Part shown: piece by piece, positions 9,242 through 18,248 of the stretch
Layout: every line of letters begins with the position of its first letter
Numbering within the stretch: the first letter of the stretch is position 1
DNA from: Candidatus Latescibacterota bacterium
Lineage (GTDB): Bacteria; Latescibacterota; UBA2968
Direction of reading: 5' to 3'
Length of the DNA: 64,000 bases
Assembly: GCA_965116885.1 (NCBI GenBank)
Contig: OZ220741.1
Span: 2,720,001-2,784,000 of the forward strand
Notes under the pieces: model-generated
What the model was told of the DNA's origin: nothing
Databases searched by the model: none
The model's input: the letters and a program-made list of their open reading frames with translations, nothing else
Translations under genes and position numbers: made by a program

Positions 9242-9478
9242 ATGGGTGCGTTCACTATTCACTTGCCAAATTCACTGCATGACAAAATCGAAGAACTGGC
9301 TAAAGCAGAAGGTTTATCATTTAATCAGTTTATGGTGACTGCTGCTGCTGAAAAAATAGCTGCATTACTTCCAGAGGACTATCTGACTCAAGAGGCGAAA
9401 CAAGGTAAACGGGCGGATTTTGAAAAAGTCTTAAAGGCCGTTCCCCACATTGAACCAGAAGAACAGGACCGGCTCTGA
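9242..9478 (+). CDS. Ribbon-helix-helix (HicB/CopG-like) antitoxin
   Basis: FTIHLPNSLHDKIEELAKAEGLSFNQFMVTAAAEK...VPHIEPEEQDRL. Confidence 0.8.
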   Translation: MGAFTIHLPNSLHDKIEELAKAEGLSFNQFMVTAAAEKIAALLPEDYLTQEAKQGKRADFEKVLKAVPHIEPEEQDRL

Positions 9479-9670
9479 ATATATGCCATATTCCTGGCTT
9501 GTACCATCTGTCTCTTGTCTAAATCAGTATAAGAGCGGTGTATAACTTTAACAGAATCCACCCACACGCAACTTGAGCCTGCGCCATCCTATCTATCCTC
9601 TCATCTTCACCCATCCTGTAATATCTCTGCTTGTCCTAAAACTTTTCAATGTTCATAAAGTAGGAAATCT

Positions 9671-10621
9671 ATGTACATTCCAGAAACTCTATCATCCAAT
9701 CCAAAATGGGCTGAATGGATCGAACGGTTGCCAGATATCGTCGCTGCGTGTGCAAAGCGGTGGAATCTTCGCATTGAAGATCCCATGACAGAAGAGTATG
9801 CCGAGATGTCCTATAGTTATATTGCACCAGCGACGGATGCGAAGGGCACAGAGGTTATTTTGAAAATTGGCTCGCCTGTGCAACTGGCGGAAAACTCGCA
9901 GCAAGAGTGCCACGCGCTACAACTTTGCAATGGTAATGGTACGGTCAAGTTGCTCGATTTTGACGAGGCGTTGGGCGTGCTGATGCTCGAGCGCATCCGT
10001 CCAGGTGTGCCTCTGGGTGTTTGTCCGGATGACGAGGAGAATACGCGCATTGCCGCTCGGCTGATGAAAAAGTTCTGGCAACCCGTTCCGAAAGTTCACA
10101 GTTTTCGACCGACGGCGTATGAGATAGATGGTTTTGACAAGTTGCGCAAAAAATACAATGGCGGCACCGGACCGCTGCCCGAAAAATGGGTTGTGCGCGC
10201 CGAAACGCTTTACGATGAGTTGATGAATACGAGTACAGAAACGGTTGTTCTGCACGGGGATTTGCACCACTGGAATATTTTGAGTGCTGAGCGCGAACCC
10301 TATCTCGTCATTGATCCCAAAGGTTATTTTGGCGATCCGGGTTACGAGGTCGGTGCTTTTTTGGCGAATTATCCCGACGCATCCTGTGATGGATGTGACC
10401 GGGGCGAAATCGATGTTCGCCGCGTGGAGATTATGGCCGAAGAATTGGATATTCCGCACGAGCGTATTATCAAATGGGGTTTGGTTCTGGCTTTAATCTG
10501 GGCGAGATGGAGTGCGGATACGCCCGAGGAGTTCTGGCGTACAAGTATTAATCGCCCAGGCGTTGGATCAGTTGCTTTAGATGATGTGTCATTCCTAACC
10601 ACAAGGAGATTTTATGTCTAA
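9671..10621 (+). CDS. Aminoglycoside/hydroxyurea kinase family (APH(6)-like phosphotransferase)
   Basis: VILKI, LMLERI, LHGDLHHWNIL, VIDPKG..GDPGYE; the C-terminus may be frameshifted. Confidence 0.85.
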   Translation: MYIPETLSSNPKWAEWIERLPDIVAACAKRWNLRIEDPMTEEYAEMSYSYIAPATDAKGTEVILKIGSPVQLAENSQQECHALQLCNGNGTVKLLDFDEALGVLMLERIRPGVPLGVCPDDEENTRIAARLMKKFWQPVPKVHSFRPTAYEIDGFDKLRKKYNGGTGPLPEKWVVRAETLYDELMNTSTETVVLHGDLHHWNILSAEREPYLVIDPKGYFGDPGYEVGAFLANYPDASCDGCDRGEIDVRRVEIMAEELDIPHERIIKWGLVLALIWARWSADTPEEFWRTSINRPGVGSVALDDVSFLTTRRFYV

Positions 10622-12002
10622 CCGTCCAAATATTCTGATGATTATGTCCGATGAGCACGACCCGGCAGTGATGGGGTGTTATGGCGATTCTATTGTGCAA
10701 ACGCCGCATCTGGACCGACTGGCCGAAGAGGGTATTGTGTTTGATGCGGCTTATACGACGTCACCGCTTTGCGCGCCTGCGCGTGCGAGTTTTACGGCGG
10801 TGCAATACGTGAGTCGCTGTGGGGTGTGGACCAATGATTGTCAGTTGCCTTCTGACGATTATCCTTCGCTGCCCCACGCGCTGAATGCGGTGGGTTATGA
10901 ATGCTGGCTGGGGGGCAAGATGCATTTTGCGGGTGCGCATCGCTATGGTTTTCGCGATGTTTATCCCGGTGCGAATCAAGGGGACAGGAGTGGGAAGGGC
11001 GGGAGGCGCGCGTTTGATGATCTGAGTGAGTCGGGTTTCGGTTGGGAAGGGCGGGTGGCGGCTTTTAAGACGAGTGATACATCGCCCGTTTTGGAAAAGG
11101 ACCGCAAGGTGACGGCGGAGTGCAGTGCGTTTTTGCAAAATCGGTCGGCGGATGATAAGCCATTCTTTTTGCTGGCAGGTTATGTGGCACCGCATTTTCC
11201 GTTGACTATTCCAGAAGAATATTACGCGCCTTACAAAGACAGGGTGCCCATGCCCGAGATTCCCGAGGGCTTTTTGGAGACGCTGCCGACCAATTACAAG
11301 CATTTGAGAGCCGGATTTGGCGTGACAAAGGCGACGCCCGAGCAGACGAAGTTGGGACGGGAGCTTTACTGGGGTTTTGTGAATTGGCTGGACGATGAGA
11401 TTGGCAAGTTGCTCGCCGCACTCAATGATTCCGAAGTGGCGGATAATACGATTGTGATTTACTGTACGGATCACGGCGAGAACAAGGGCGATCACGGATT
11501 GTGGTGGAAAAATAATATGTATGAACACGCTTCGCGGACGCCGCTGATCGTGTCCTTTCCTAAACGCTGGGCAGGTGGGCAACGGCGGACGGGTGTGTGT
11601 TCGCTGGTGGATCTGGCGCAGACGATAGCGGAGATCGGTGGGGCGGAACGGTCAGATGACTGGGATGGCGAGTCGCTGCTCAATTATCTGGACGATGGAA
11701 ATAGCGAGTGGCGGGATATTGCGGTGAGCGAATACTACGCCCACAATATTGCGTCGGGTATGATGATGGTTCGGCAGGGTCCGTGGAAGTACGTGTATCA
11801 CGCGCGGTTTGACGAGGTACATGGACCCGAACGCGAGTTGTACAATTTGGAAGAGGATGCCGGGGAATTTAACAATCTGGCAAATGATCCCGCGCAGGCA
11901 GATCGCATCGCACAATTGCACGATTTGTTGGCGAGGGAATTGAGACGTGATCCCGAAGATGCCGAGGCGCAAAGCCGAGCGGATTTGGCGAAGGGGTATT
12001 AG
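10614..12002 (+). CDS. Sulfatase (choline-sulfatase-like)
   Basis: RPNILMIMSDEH, CAPARAS (CxPxR), GKMH, DHGE..GDHGLWWK; AAGGAG RBS. Confidence 0.9.
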   Translation: MSNRPNILMIMSDEHDPAVMGCYGDSIVQTPHLDRLAEEGIVFDAAYTTSPLCAPARASFTAVQYVSRCGVWTNDCQLPSDDYPSLPHALNAVGYECWLGGKMHFAGAHRYGFRDVYPGANQGDRSGKGGRRAFDDLSESGFGWEGRVAAFKTSDTSPVLEKDRKVTAECSAFLQNRSADDKPFFLLAGYVAPHFPLTIPEEYYAPYKDRVPMPEIPEGFLETLPTNYKHLRAGFGVTKATPEQTKLGRELYWGFVNWLDDEIGKLLAALNDSEVADNTIVIYCTDHGENKGDHGLWWKNNMYEHASRTPLIVSFPKRWAGGQRRTGVCSLVDLAQTIAEIGGAERSDDWDGESLLNYLDDGNSEWRDIAVSEYYAHNIASGMMMVRQGPWKYVYHARFDEVHGPERELYNLEEDAGEFNNLANDPAQADRIAQLHDLLARELRRDPEDAEAQSRADLAKGY

Positions 12003-12069
12003 GAATTAGGAATTAAAAATTAAAAATTGGCGTTGGGGTGGCCTTCACACTTCATAACATTACACTTCT

Positions 12070-14172
12070 ATGGATCTATCTTTGTACGAGACGATCTGGC
12101 TGGTCGGCGCGGCGATTGCCGCCGGGTTGCTCTGGGGCATTTTTGTCTCGGCGATAAAGCGAAAAGGTACGCCACTGCCGCTGTTGTTGTTGATTTCGGC
12201 GGGGGCGCTCTGGTACACTGGGGACGCGCTGCGCATTTTGATCGCGCAGGCTGCGCCGGATGCGGGTGCGGTGAATTATGCAGCGCATGTGGCGCGTTTT
12301 GGGCTGGATTTTTTGCCGTCTGCGCTGCTGGGAACAGTGCTGGCTTTTGCGGATGAACACAAGGTGGCGCGTGGGTTGCGGCGGTATCTTATACCTATCA
12401 CTTTTGTGCCGGGGGTGATCATTTTTTTGATTGGCATGTCTCAAGCGCCGATCAAGCGCGTGAGTTTTAGCCTGTATGCTATTGCTATGCTTCTGTTTTC
12501 GGCGTATCTCTGCCGGGGTTTTGCGATGCGGTCGGAGACAGAGGTGCATAGGGTGTTTTGTCGGTTGATGGCGTTTGCGCTGACGGGTATCGCGGTTTTG
12601 ACGGTTTTTGCGTATCCGATTGGGTTGCTTCAAAGTAATGTTGTGGGACCGGTGCTCGCGTTGGTGCTTTTTCTTTCGCCTATCGCGCCGGCGTATATTC
12701 TGGGGTATTTTATTTATCGGTACAGCTTTTTTCAGATTGTGGTGAATCCCGCGTTGTTTTATTCCGCGCTGACGGGTATTGTGTTGACGGTTTATTTGCT
12801 CGTGATTCGGCGCGTTGCAGAGGCGCTTGGGCGTCTGGACAGTGGGTTCAGGGTAGAGGTGGTTGAGGCTATTTTGATTTCGCTGCTGATTTTTCTGTTT
12901 CAGCCGATTAAGAACAGGTTGCAGGGGATAATCAATCGCCTGTTTTTCAGGGCGCGATATGAGTACCAGCATTTGCTGGGTACGTTGAGTCAAACGCTGA
13001 ATGTGCCGCACGCGCTGGAGAGGCGGTTGGAGTCGGTGGTGGATGCCGTTGGAACTGTGTTGAAGGTGCATGCAGTTTCGCTGGTGGTGTTTGAGTACGA
13101 GGATGGGGCGGTGAGTCAGGTGCAGGTGATCGCAAGCAGTGGTTTACCGGGGTTTGAGCCGCCTGTCACACCGTTTGGGGATGGGGACGGGACGCAGATT
13201 GAAGCGGTGGTCGGCTGGTTGTTGACCCATCGCCGTCCGCTGGATGTGGGCGATTTGCACCATCCGGCACTTACTGCAATACTCGCAAAGCAAGGGGTTG
13301 AGCTGTGTATTCCGGTGTTGCAAGAGGAAAAGCCGGTTGGTTTGCTCTGTCTGGGCGAGAAGAAGCGCGGGGGATCTTTTTCGTCTGAAGAATGGGATTT
13401 GCTGGGTACGCTTTGCAATCAGATTGCACTGGCGATTGAAAATACACGTCTGGTGGAGCAACGGTTGCAATTGGAGCGGCAGATGTACGAGGCGGAACGG
13501 CTTTCGGCGTTGGGGTTGCTTTCGGCGAGTATCGCGCACGAGGTGAAGAATCCCCTGAGTTCGATCAAGGCGATTGCGACTGTGTTGCGGGAGGATTTGC
13601 AGGGTGATCAGACAAAGGCGGGCGATTTGTCTGTGGTGTTGCGCGAGATTGATCGGCTAAACCGCGTGGTGGATCGCTTGCTCAGATTTGCTCAGCCCAA
13701 GCAGGACGATGGGGCTCAGGTGTTGGACCTGAAGGCTGTGCTGGAAGATGTGGTGTTGATTTTGTTCCACGAGGCGGAGCGACAGAATGTGGAGATCTGT
13801 TTTGAGGTGGATGACGGTCTCGCGGTGAAGGGCGATCCAGAGGATCTGAAGGAAGTATTTTTCAATTTGATTTTGAACGGTATTCAGGCTGTGGATGGCG
13901 ATCAGATAGAGCGGCGGTTGACGGTGCAGGCGCGGCAATTGCACGGCGGTGTGGAGGTGCGGGTGTCGGATACGGGGCCGGGGATTTCAGCGGAGAATCA
14001 GGATCGCATTTTTGAGCCGTTTTTTACGACAAAGGCTTCGGGCACGGGGTTGGGGCTTGCGATTGTGAAGCGCGATGTGGAGCGGATGGGAGGTGCGATT
14101 GAGGTGGCAAATGCGGATGGGGCAGGGGCGGTGTTTGCGGTTCAACTTCCCGGGGGGGATGATGCAATATAA
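12070..14172 (+). CDS. Multi-TM sensor histidine kinase with GAF domain (PrsK-like architecture)
   Basis: About nine TM helices; LFQPIKNRLQ..INRLFFR; GAF; AHEVKNPL H-box; NLILNG, DTGPG, FFTTK, GTGLGL. Confidence 0.92.
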   Translation: MDLSLYETIWLVGAAIAAGLLWGIFVSAIKRKGTPLPLLLLISAGALWYTGDALRILIAQAAPDAGAVNYAAHVARFGLDFLPSALLGTVLAFADEHKVARGLRRYLIPITFVPGVIIFLIGMSQAPIKRVSFSLYAIAMLLFSAYLCRGFAMRSETEVHRVFCRLMAFALTGIAVLTVFAYPIGLLQSNVVGPVLALVLFLSPIAPAYILGYFIYRYSFFQIVVNPALFYSALTGIVLTVYLLVIRRVAEALGRLDSGFRVEVVEAILISLLIFLFQPIKNRLQGIINRLFFRARYEYQHLLGTLSQTLNVPHALERRLESVVDAVGTVLKVHAVSLVVFEYEDGAVSQVQVIASSGLPGFEPPVTPFGDGDGTQIEAVVGWLLTHRRPLDVGDLHHPALTAILAKQGVELCIPVLQEEKPVGLLCLGEKKRGGSFSSEEWDLLGTLCNQIALAIENTRLVEQRLQLERQMYEAERLSALGLLSASIAHEVKNPLSSIKAIATVLREDLQGDQTKAGDLSVVLREIDRLNRVVDRLLRFAQPKQDDGAQVLDLKAVLEDVVLILFHEAERQNVEICFEVDDGLAVKGDPEDLKEVFFNLILNGIQAVDGDQIERRLTVQARQLHGGVEVRVSDTGPGISAENQDRIFEPFFTTKASGTGLGLAIVKRDVERMGGAIEVANADGAGAVFAVQLPGGDDAI

Positions 14173-15553
14173 AATTCTAATTGTGGATGATGATCCTGCG
14201 GCGCGGTACGGGTTGAAGCGGGCACTCGCGGCGCTGGGGTGTGAGATTGTCGAGGCAGAGGATGGTGCGGCGGCGTTGGCGGCTGTGGCGCAGGACAATC
14301 CCGATTTGTTGATTTGCGATATCCAGATGCCAAAGATGGATGGGTTGGCGCTGGTGAAGCGATTGGCAGATCAGGGGGATGTGCGGCCTGTTATTGTGAT
14401 TACGGCGTATGGGTCGGAGCGGGTTGCTGTGGAGGCGATGAAGGCGGGGGCGTACGATTATTTGAGCAAGCCCTACGATGTGGATGAGTTGCGCTGTTTG
14501 GTGGAGAATGTTCTGGAGACGGTGCGGTTGCGGCGGGAGAATGAGACGCTTCGCAACGAGATTCGGCAGCAGTCGGGATTCGGGTTGCTGATTGGTCGCA
14601 GCCGCGCGATGGAGGGGGTCTATGATTTGATCGGGAAGGTGGCGATGACCGATGCAGGGGTGCTGATTGGCGGGGAGAGCGGTACGGGAAAGGAGTTGGT
14701 CGCGCGGGCGATTCACGAGCAGAGCGGGCGACAGGCGCGGCCTTTTGTCGCGGTGAATGCGGCGGCACTTCCGACGGAGTTGATCGAGAGCGAGTTGTTT
14801 GGGCATGAGAGGGGCGCGTTTACCGGGGCGACTGCGCGGCGGCAGGGGAAGTTTGAGCTTGCGGATGGGGGGACGCTGTTTTTGGACGAGATCGGCGATA
14901 TGCATATCGAGACGCAGGCGAAGTTGTTGCGCGTGCTGGAAGAGAAACAGTTTGAGCGGCTGGGCGGTTCGGAGACGGTGACGGTGGATGTTCGGATTAT
15001 CAGCGCGACGAATAAGGATTTGCCGGTGGAGATAGTGGAAGGGCGGTTTCGGGAGGATCTCTTTTATCGCTTGAAGGTGGTGGATATTTTTTTGCCGCCG
15101 CTGCGGGATCGGCGCGAGGATATTCCGCTGCTTGTTCAACATTTTTTGGCGCGTTTTAATGATCAGCACGGCAAGGCGATGACAGATGTGCCGCCGGATG
15201 TGATGAAGATGCTGATGGTGTATGCCTGGCCGGGCAATATACGGGAGTTGATGCACGCGGTCGAGCGGGCGGTTATTTTTTCGGATGGATCCGAGTTGAA
15301 TCGCGATTTGCTTCCCTATGAGGTTCGGGGCGTTGCGTCTGTGGAGAGCACTGAATCTGCCTGGCGGGATGGGGTGTTTTTTCAGGATGCAAAGCAGGAG
15401 GTTGTGCAGTCTTTTGAGGTTGCGTTTATTCGATCTGCATTGGAATACTACAAGGGCAATATTAGCCGTACAGCACCGGCCATTGGCATGAAACGGCAGG
15501 CGTTGCAACAAAAGTTGAAGGAGCACGGGATCGATCCTGGGATTTATCGTTAG
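14159..15553 (+). CDS. Sigma-54-dependent response regulator (NtrC/PrsR family bEBP)
   Basis: Receiver ILIVDDD..CDIQMP; GESGTGKE; ESELFGHERGAFTGA; LFLDEIGD; WPGNIREL; C-terminal Fis HTH. Start moved to ATG 14159/14162, overlapping the kinase. Confidence 0.95.
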   Translation: MMQYKILIVDDDPAARYGLKRALAALGCEIVEAEDGAAALAAVAQDNPDLLICDIQMPKMDGLALVKRLADQGDVRPVIVITAYGSERVAVEAMKAGAYDYLSKPYDVDELRCLVENVLETVRLRRENETLRNEIRQQSGFGLLIGRSRAMEGVYDLIGKVAMTDAGVLIGGESGTGKELVARAIHEQSGRQARPFVAVNAAALPTELIESELFGHERGAFTGATARRQGKFELADGGTLFLDEIGDMHIETQAKLLRVLEEKQFERLGGSETVTVDVRIISATNKDLPVEIVEGRFREDLFYRLKVVDIFLPPLRDRREDIPLLVQHFLARFNDQHGKAMTDVPPDVMKMLMVYAWPGNIRELMHAVERAVIFSDGSELNRDLLPYEVRGVASVESTESAWRDGVFFQDAKQEVVQSFEVAFIRSALEYYKGNISRTAPAIGMKRQALQQKLKEHGIDPGIYR

Positions 15554-15560
15554 GACGAAT

Positions 15561-15628
15561 ACGGGCGGGCACAGGGGCACCGCCCCTACAACTGAACTAT
15601 GTAGGGACAACCCCCTGTGGTTGTCCTT
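15561..15628. repeat. Inverted pair of GTAG REP-like elements (REPIN/BIME-like)
   Basis: 15561-15590 is the exact reverse complement of 35028-35057; second unit tgtagggacaaccccctgtggttgtcctt at 15600-15628. Confidence 0.8.
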
Positions 15629-15670
15629 GCGTCGATAAACTGCTGATAAAATTTACAATCTATTTAATAG

Positions 15671-15705
15671 ATCCGGAGATACACATTGTGTCTCCGGATT
15701 TTTTT
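15671..15705 (+). terminator. Intrinsic terminator after the two-component operon
   Basis: atccggaga-loop-tctccggat followed by a T tract. Confidence 0.85.
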
Positions 15706-15715
15706 GTGCCTGCTG

Positions 15716-15753
15716 TGCAATACGGGGTTTGCAGGTGCAATATTTAGTTTGCA
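15716..15753. promoter_or_regulatory. Two tandem TGCAA-N8-TTGCA palindromes, putative bEBP enhancer (UAS)
   Basis: tgcaatacggggtttgca (15716-15733) and tgcaatatttagtttgca (15736-15753), 20-bp period, ending 65 bp before the -24 element. Confidence 0.75.
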
Positions 15754-15816
15754 CTGATTGGGCGATTTTTAGGGGGGATAACAAAGAAAATAGCCTTTTT
15801 CAGGGGTAAAATGGTT

Positions 15817-15833
15817 TTGGCACGGGATTTGCA
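15817..15833 (+). promoter_or_regulatory. Sigma-54 (-24/-12) promoter
   Basis: TTGGCACGGGATTTGCA = TGGCAC-N5-TTGC with exact spacing. Confidence 0.9.
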
Positions 15834-15889
15834 TATGACGTGTTGTGACCGAGAAGTTTGAGATGTGAATCTTTTAGAAGGAGGCTGAG

Positions 15890-16537
15890 ATGTCAACGCT
15901 TACATCGACGTTTGCGACCGCGTTTCCGGGTCAGGTGGCCAATTTGATTACTGCGGGCAGAGTGGTTCTGCTGTTTCTGGCGACGGCTTTTGCCGTGTCT
16001 GGAGATGTGATGTTGGCCTGGGTTGCGGTGCCGCTCGCTTTTGTCGCGCTGGTGATGGATTGGCTGGATGGGTATCTCGCGCGGCGATTGGGGTGCGAGA
16101 GCAAGGTCGGGGGCTTGCTGGATATTGTGGGGGATCGGATTGCGGAGAATGTGTGGTGGGTGGTGTTTGCGTGGTTGCATGTCATTCCGCTTTGGGTGCC
16201 GATTGTGGTGCTTAGCAGGGGGTTTGTGACAGATGCGATTCGCAGTTGTGCCCTGACCAAAGGGTTCACGGCGTTTGGCGAGTCAACGATGATGAAGTCG
16301 CGGATTGGGTTCGCGCTGGTTGCCTCGCGCGTGAGCCGAGCGACGTATGGAACGTCCAAGGTGGTCGCGTTTGTGCTGTTGTTCAGCCTGAATGCGGCAC
16401 AGGAGATGTCGGGTTTGGCGCCCGCATTTTTATCCTATCTCGAACTGGTTGCTGTGGCGGCGACGTATCTGACGGTCGCGCTTTGTGTTATTCGGGCGAT
16501 TCCAGTGGTTACGGCTGCCAAACGGGTTGTTGTGTAA
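15890..16537 (+). CDS. CDP-alcohol phosphatidyltransferase
   Basis: ANLITAGR; DWLDGYLARRLGCESKVGGLLDIVGD signature; AGGAGG RBS. Confidence 0.92.
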   Translation: MSTLTSTFATAFPGQVANLITAGRVVLLFLATAFAVSGDVMLAWVAVPLAFVALVMDWLDGYLARRLGCESKVGGLLDIVGDRIAENVWWVVFAWLHVIPLWVPIVVLSRGFVTDAIRSCALTKGFTAFGESTMMKSRIGFALVASRVSRATYGTSKVVAFVLLFSLNAAQEMSGLAPAFLSYLELVAVAATYLTVALCVIRAIPVVTAAKRVVV

Positions 16538-16568
16538 GGTAGTGGTTGAGTTACTACCCCTGACTCCC

Positions 16569-16660
16569 TCTGTGTTCATTCGTGTTCATCTGTGGTTGCA
16601 TTTTGGGGGATGACGGAGCGGGGTTCGTCTATTCGTAGATTCGTCTATTCGTTGATTCGA
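16569..16660. repeat. Decamer (tctgtgttca-like) and octamer (ttcgtcta/ttcgtaga) short tandem repeats
   Basis: tctgtgttcattcgtgttcatctgtggtt; ttcgtctattcgtagattcgtctattcgttgattcg. Confidence 0.6.
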
Positions 16661-16676
16661 TTTTCAGGAGAATGAC

Positions 16677-17681
16677 ATGAAACAGGGAACGCATATTGTA
16701 CTTTGTCTGATAGGGTTTGCCAGTTTGGGTGTGCTTTTGTACCAGCTCAGTACCCCAGAGGTGTGGCAGCATGTTTTGATGATGGGCTGGGGCTATGTGC
16801 CTGTGATCGGTCTGTCGCTAATGGTATTTGTTCATCATGCGTGGATATGGCGGGCGTGCTTTGATCGCGGGGCGAAGAGGCCGCGTTTGAGGCAGTTGCT
16901 GTGGGTGCAGTTGGCTGGCGAGGCGGTGGGCAATGTGGCGCCGGCATCGCAGGTTGGCAAGGAGGTCGGCAAGGCGATTGTGCTGAAAGATAAGATGTGC
17001 GTTTCCCGCGGGGTGTCATCGCTGGTGGTCAATAAGACGGGCGAGATGATTGGTGGGGTGATTTTTGTGATCGGTGGTGTTGTGATAGGTTTGCAGCGGT
17101 TTTCGTGGCCGGCTGAGGTGCGGGGCGCTCTGATCGCTGTTCTGGCGCTGTCTGTCCTGGGGGTAGTTTGGACGGTTTTCAGGCAGCGCCGAAGTCCTTT
17201 TGCGCGGTTTTTGAATTTGATGCTGTGGTTGCGGCTCAGGTTTTTGGAGCGGTTCCGCGATCGCGCAGTGGAGATTGACGAGAATTTGGCGCAGTTTTAT
17301 CGGCTGAATAGGTGGCGTTTGGTGGGGTTGTTGGGCTTACATCTGTTGGGCTGGTTTCTGGGGACGCTGGAGATCTATGTGATTCTTTATGTGCTGGGTG
17401 AACCGATGCCGTTTGTTTGGGTGTATCTGTTCCACGCGCTGATGGTCGTGATTAACGCGGCGTTCTTTTTTGTTCCGCTCGGGATGGGCGTTTTTGAAGG
17501 CGGGCATGTGTTTTTGTTTCATTTGATGGGTTTGGATCCAAAGATGGGTTTGGCTGTGGGCATTGTTCGGCGGATTCGGAGGCTTTTCTGGATGCAGGTG
17601 GGTTTAACGCTGCTGCTGATCGGACCGCGGGGCAAGGGGGCTGATGCGGCGCCGAAAAATGATAGCCTTCAGCAGGTGTAG
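16677..17681 (+). CDS. Lysylphosphatidylglycerol-synthase TM / flippase-like protein (UPF0104)
   Basis: Multi-TM; GEAVGNVAPASQVGKE, FFFVPLGMGVFEGG, GIVRRIR. Confidence 0.82.
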   Translation: MKQGTHIVLCLIGFASLGVLLYQLSTPEVWQHVLMMGWGYVPVIGLSLMVFVHHAWIWRACFDRGAKRPRLRQLLWVQLAGEAVGNVAPASQVGKEVGKAIVLKDKMCVSRGVSSLVVNKTGEMIGGVIFVIGGVVIGLQRFSWPAEVRGALIAVLALSVLGVVWTVFRQRRSPFARFLNLMLWLRLRFLERFRDRAVEIDENLAQFYRLNRWRLVGLLGLHLLGWFLGTLEIYVILYVLGEPMPFVWVYLFHALMVVINAAFFFVPLGMGVFEGGHVFLFHLMGLDPKMGLAVGIVRRIRRLFWMQVGLTLLLIGPRGKGADAAPKNDSLQQV

Positions 17682-17720
17682 ATGTTCATGCACGACAGAC
17701 ATTAAAAAAAGGAGAAAATA

Positions 17721-18248
17721 ATGACACGCTCGATTTCTTATCTGATCTGTGTCCTTTCGATTGTGACCTTCAGTTTTTCAGCTCAGGCGAAAAAGACTGA
17801 TCTCACCAAGAGTTATGGTATTGGTCTTCAGGGCGCGACACCCACATTTGGTGGGATTAGTTTTCGCTATAACGGACTGGCACCCGTATATCTTCAAGCC
17901 GTTGGGCGTTTTATTCTCAATGGTCAGTATAGCGACCATATGTTGGGCGCTGGCGTTTCGTATGCCATATTCGAGCATCAAAGCCGGTGGAACATATCCC
18001 GACTTCATTTCACGCTCGAAGGTGGCTGGCAAGAGAAAAAAGAGGAGGATCTCCGCCAGGAGACTGTCAAAACCACGACGCTGGGAACTGGACTCGCTTT
18101 TGGAGGCGAGATTGTGTTTTCACTTGGGGGGATTCCTCTCGGTTTGAATGTGGAAATCGGTCAGGGGTTTGGTCGGGAAAAAATCGGCTCTCAATCTAAG
18201 GGTCTCGCTGGTGTTTATGCAGGCGGGGGAATACATGCCTATTTTTAG
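17721..18248 (+). CDS. Secreted small outer-membrane beta-barrel-like protein
   Basis: Signal peptide ending AQA, alternating Gly/aromatic strands, C-terminus GGIHAYF. Confidence 0.7.
   Translation: MTRSISYLICVLSIVTFSFSAQAKKTDLTKSYGIGLQGATPTFGGISFRYNGLAPVYLQAVGRFILNGQYSDHMLGAGVSYAIFEHQSRWNISRLHFTLEGGWQEKKEEDLRQETVKTTTLGTGLAFGGEIVFSLGGIPLGLNVEIGQGFGREKIGSQSKGLAGVYAGGGIHAYF

Noticed and set aside
9671..10621. Acquired streptomycin-resistance gene
   Set aside because: Only family-level kinase motifs and no mobile-element context; resistance cannot be claimed from the sequence.
14177..15610. 477-aa ORF antisense to the sigma-54 regulator
   Set aside because: Shadow frame of a GC-rich conserved gene, with no independent motifs. 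The same applies to 110-790, 3620-4624, 12076-13071 and the other overlapping ORFs in the track.
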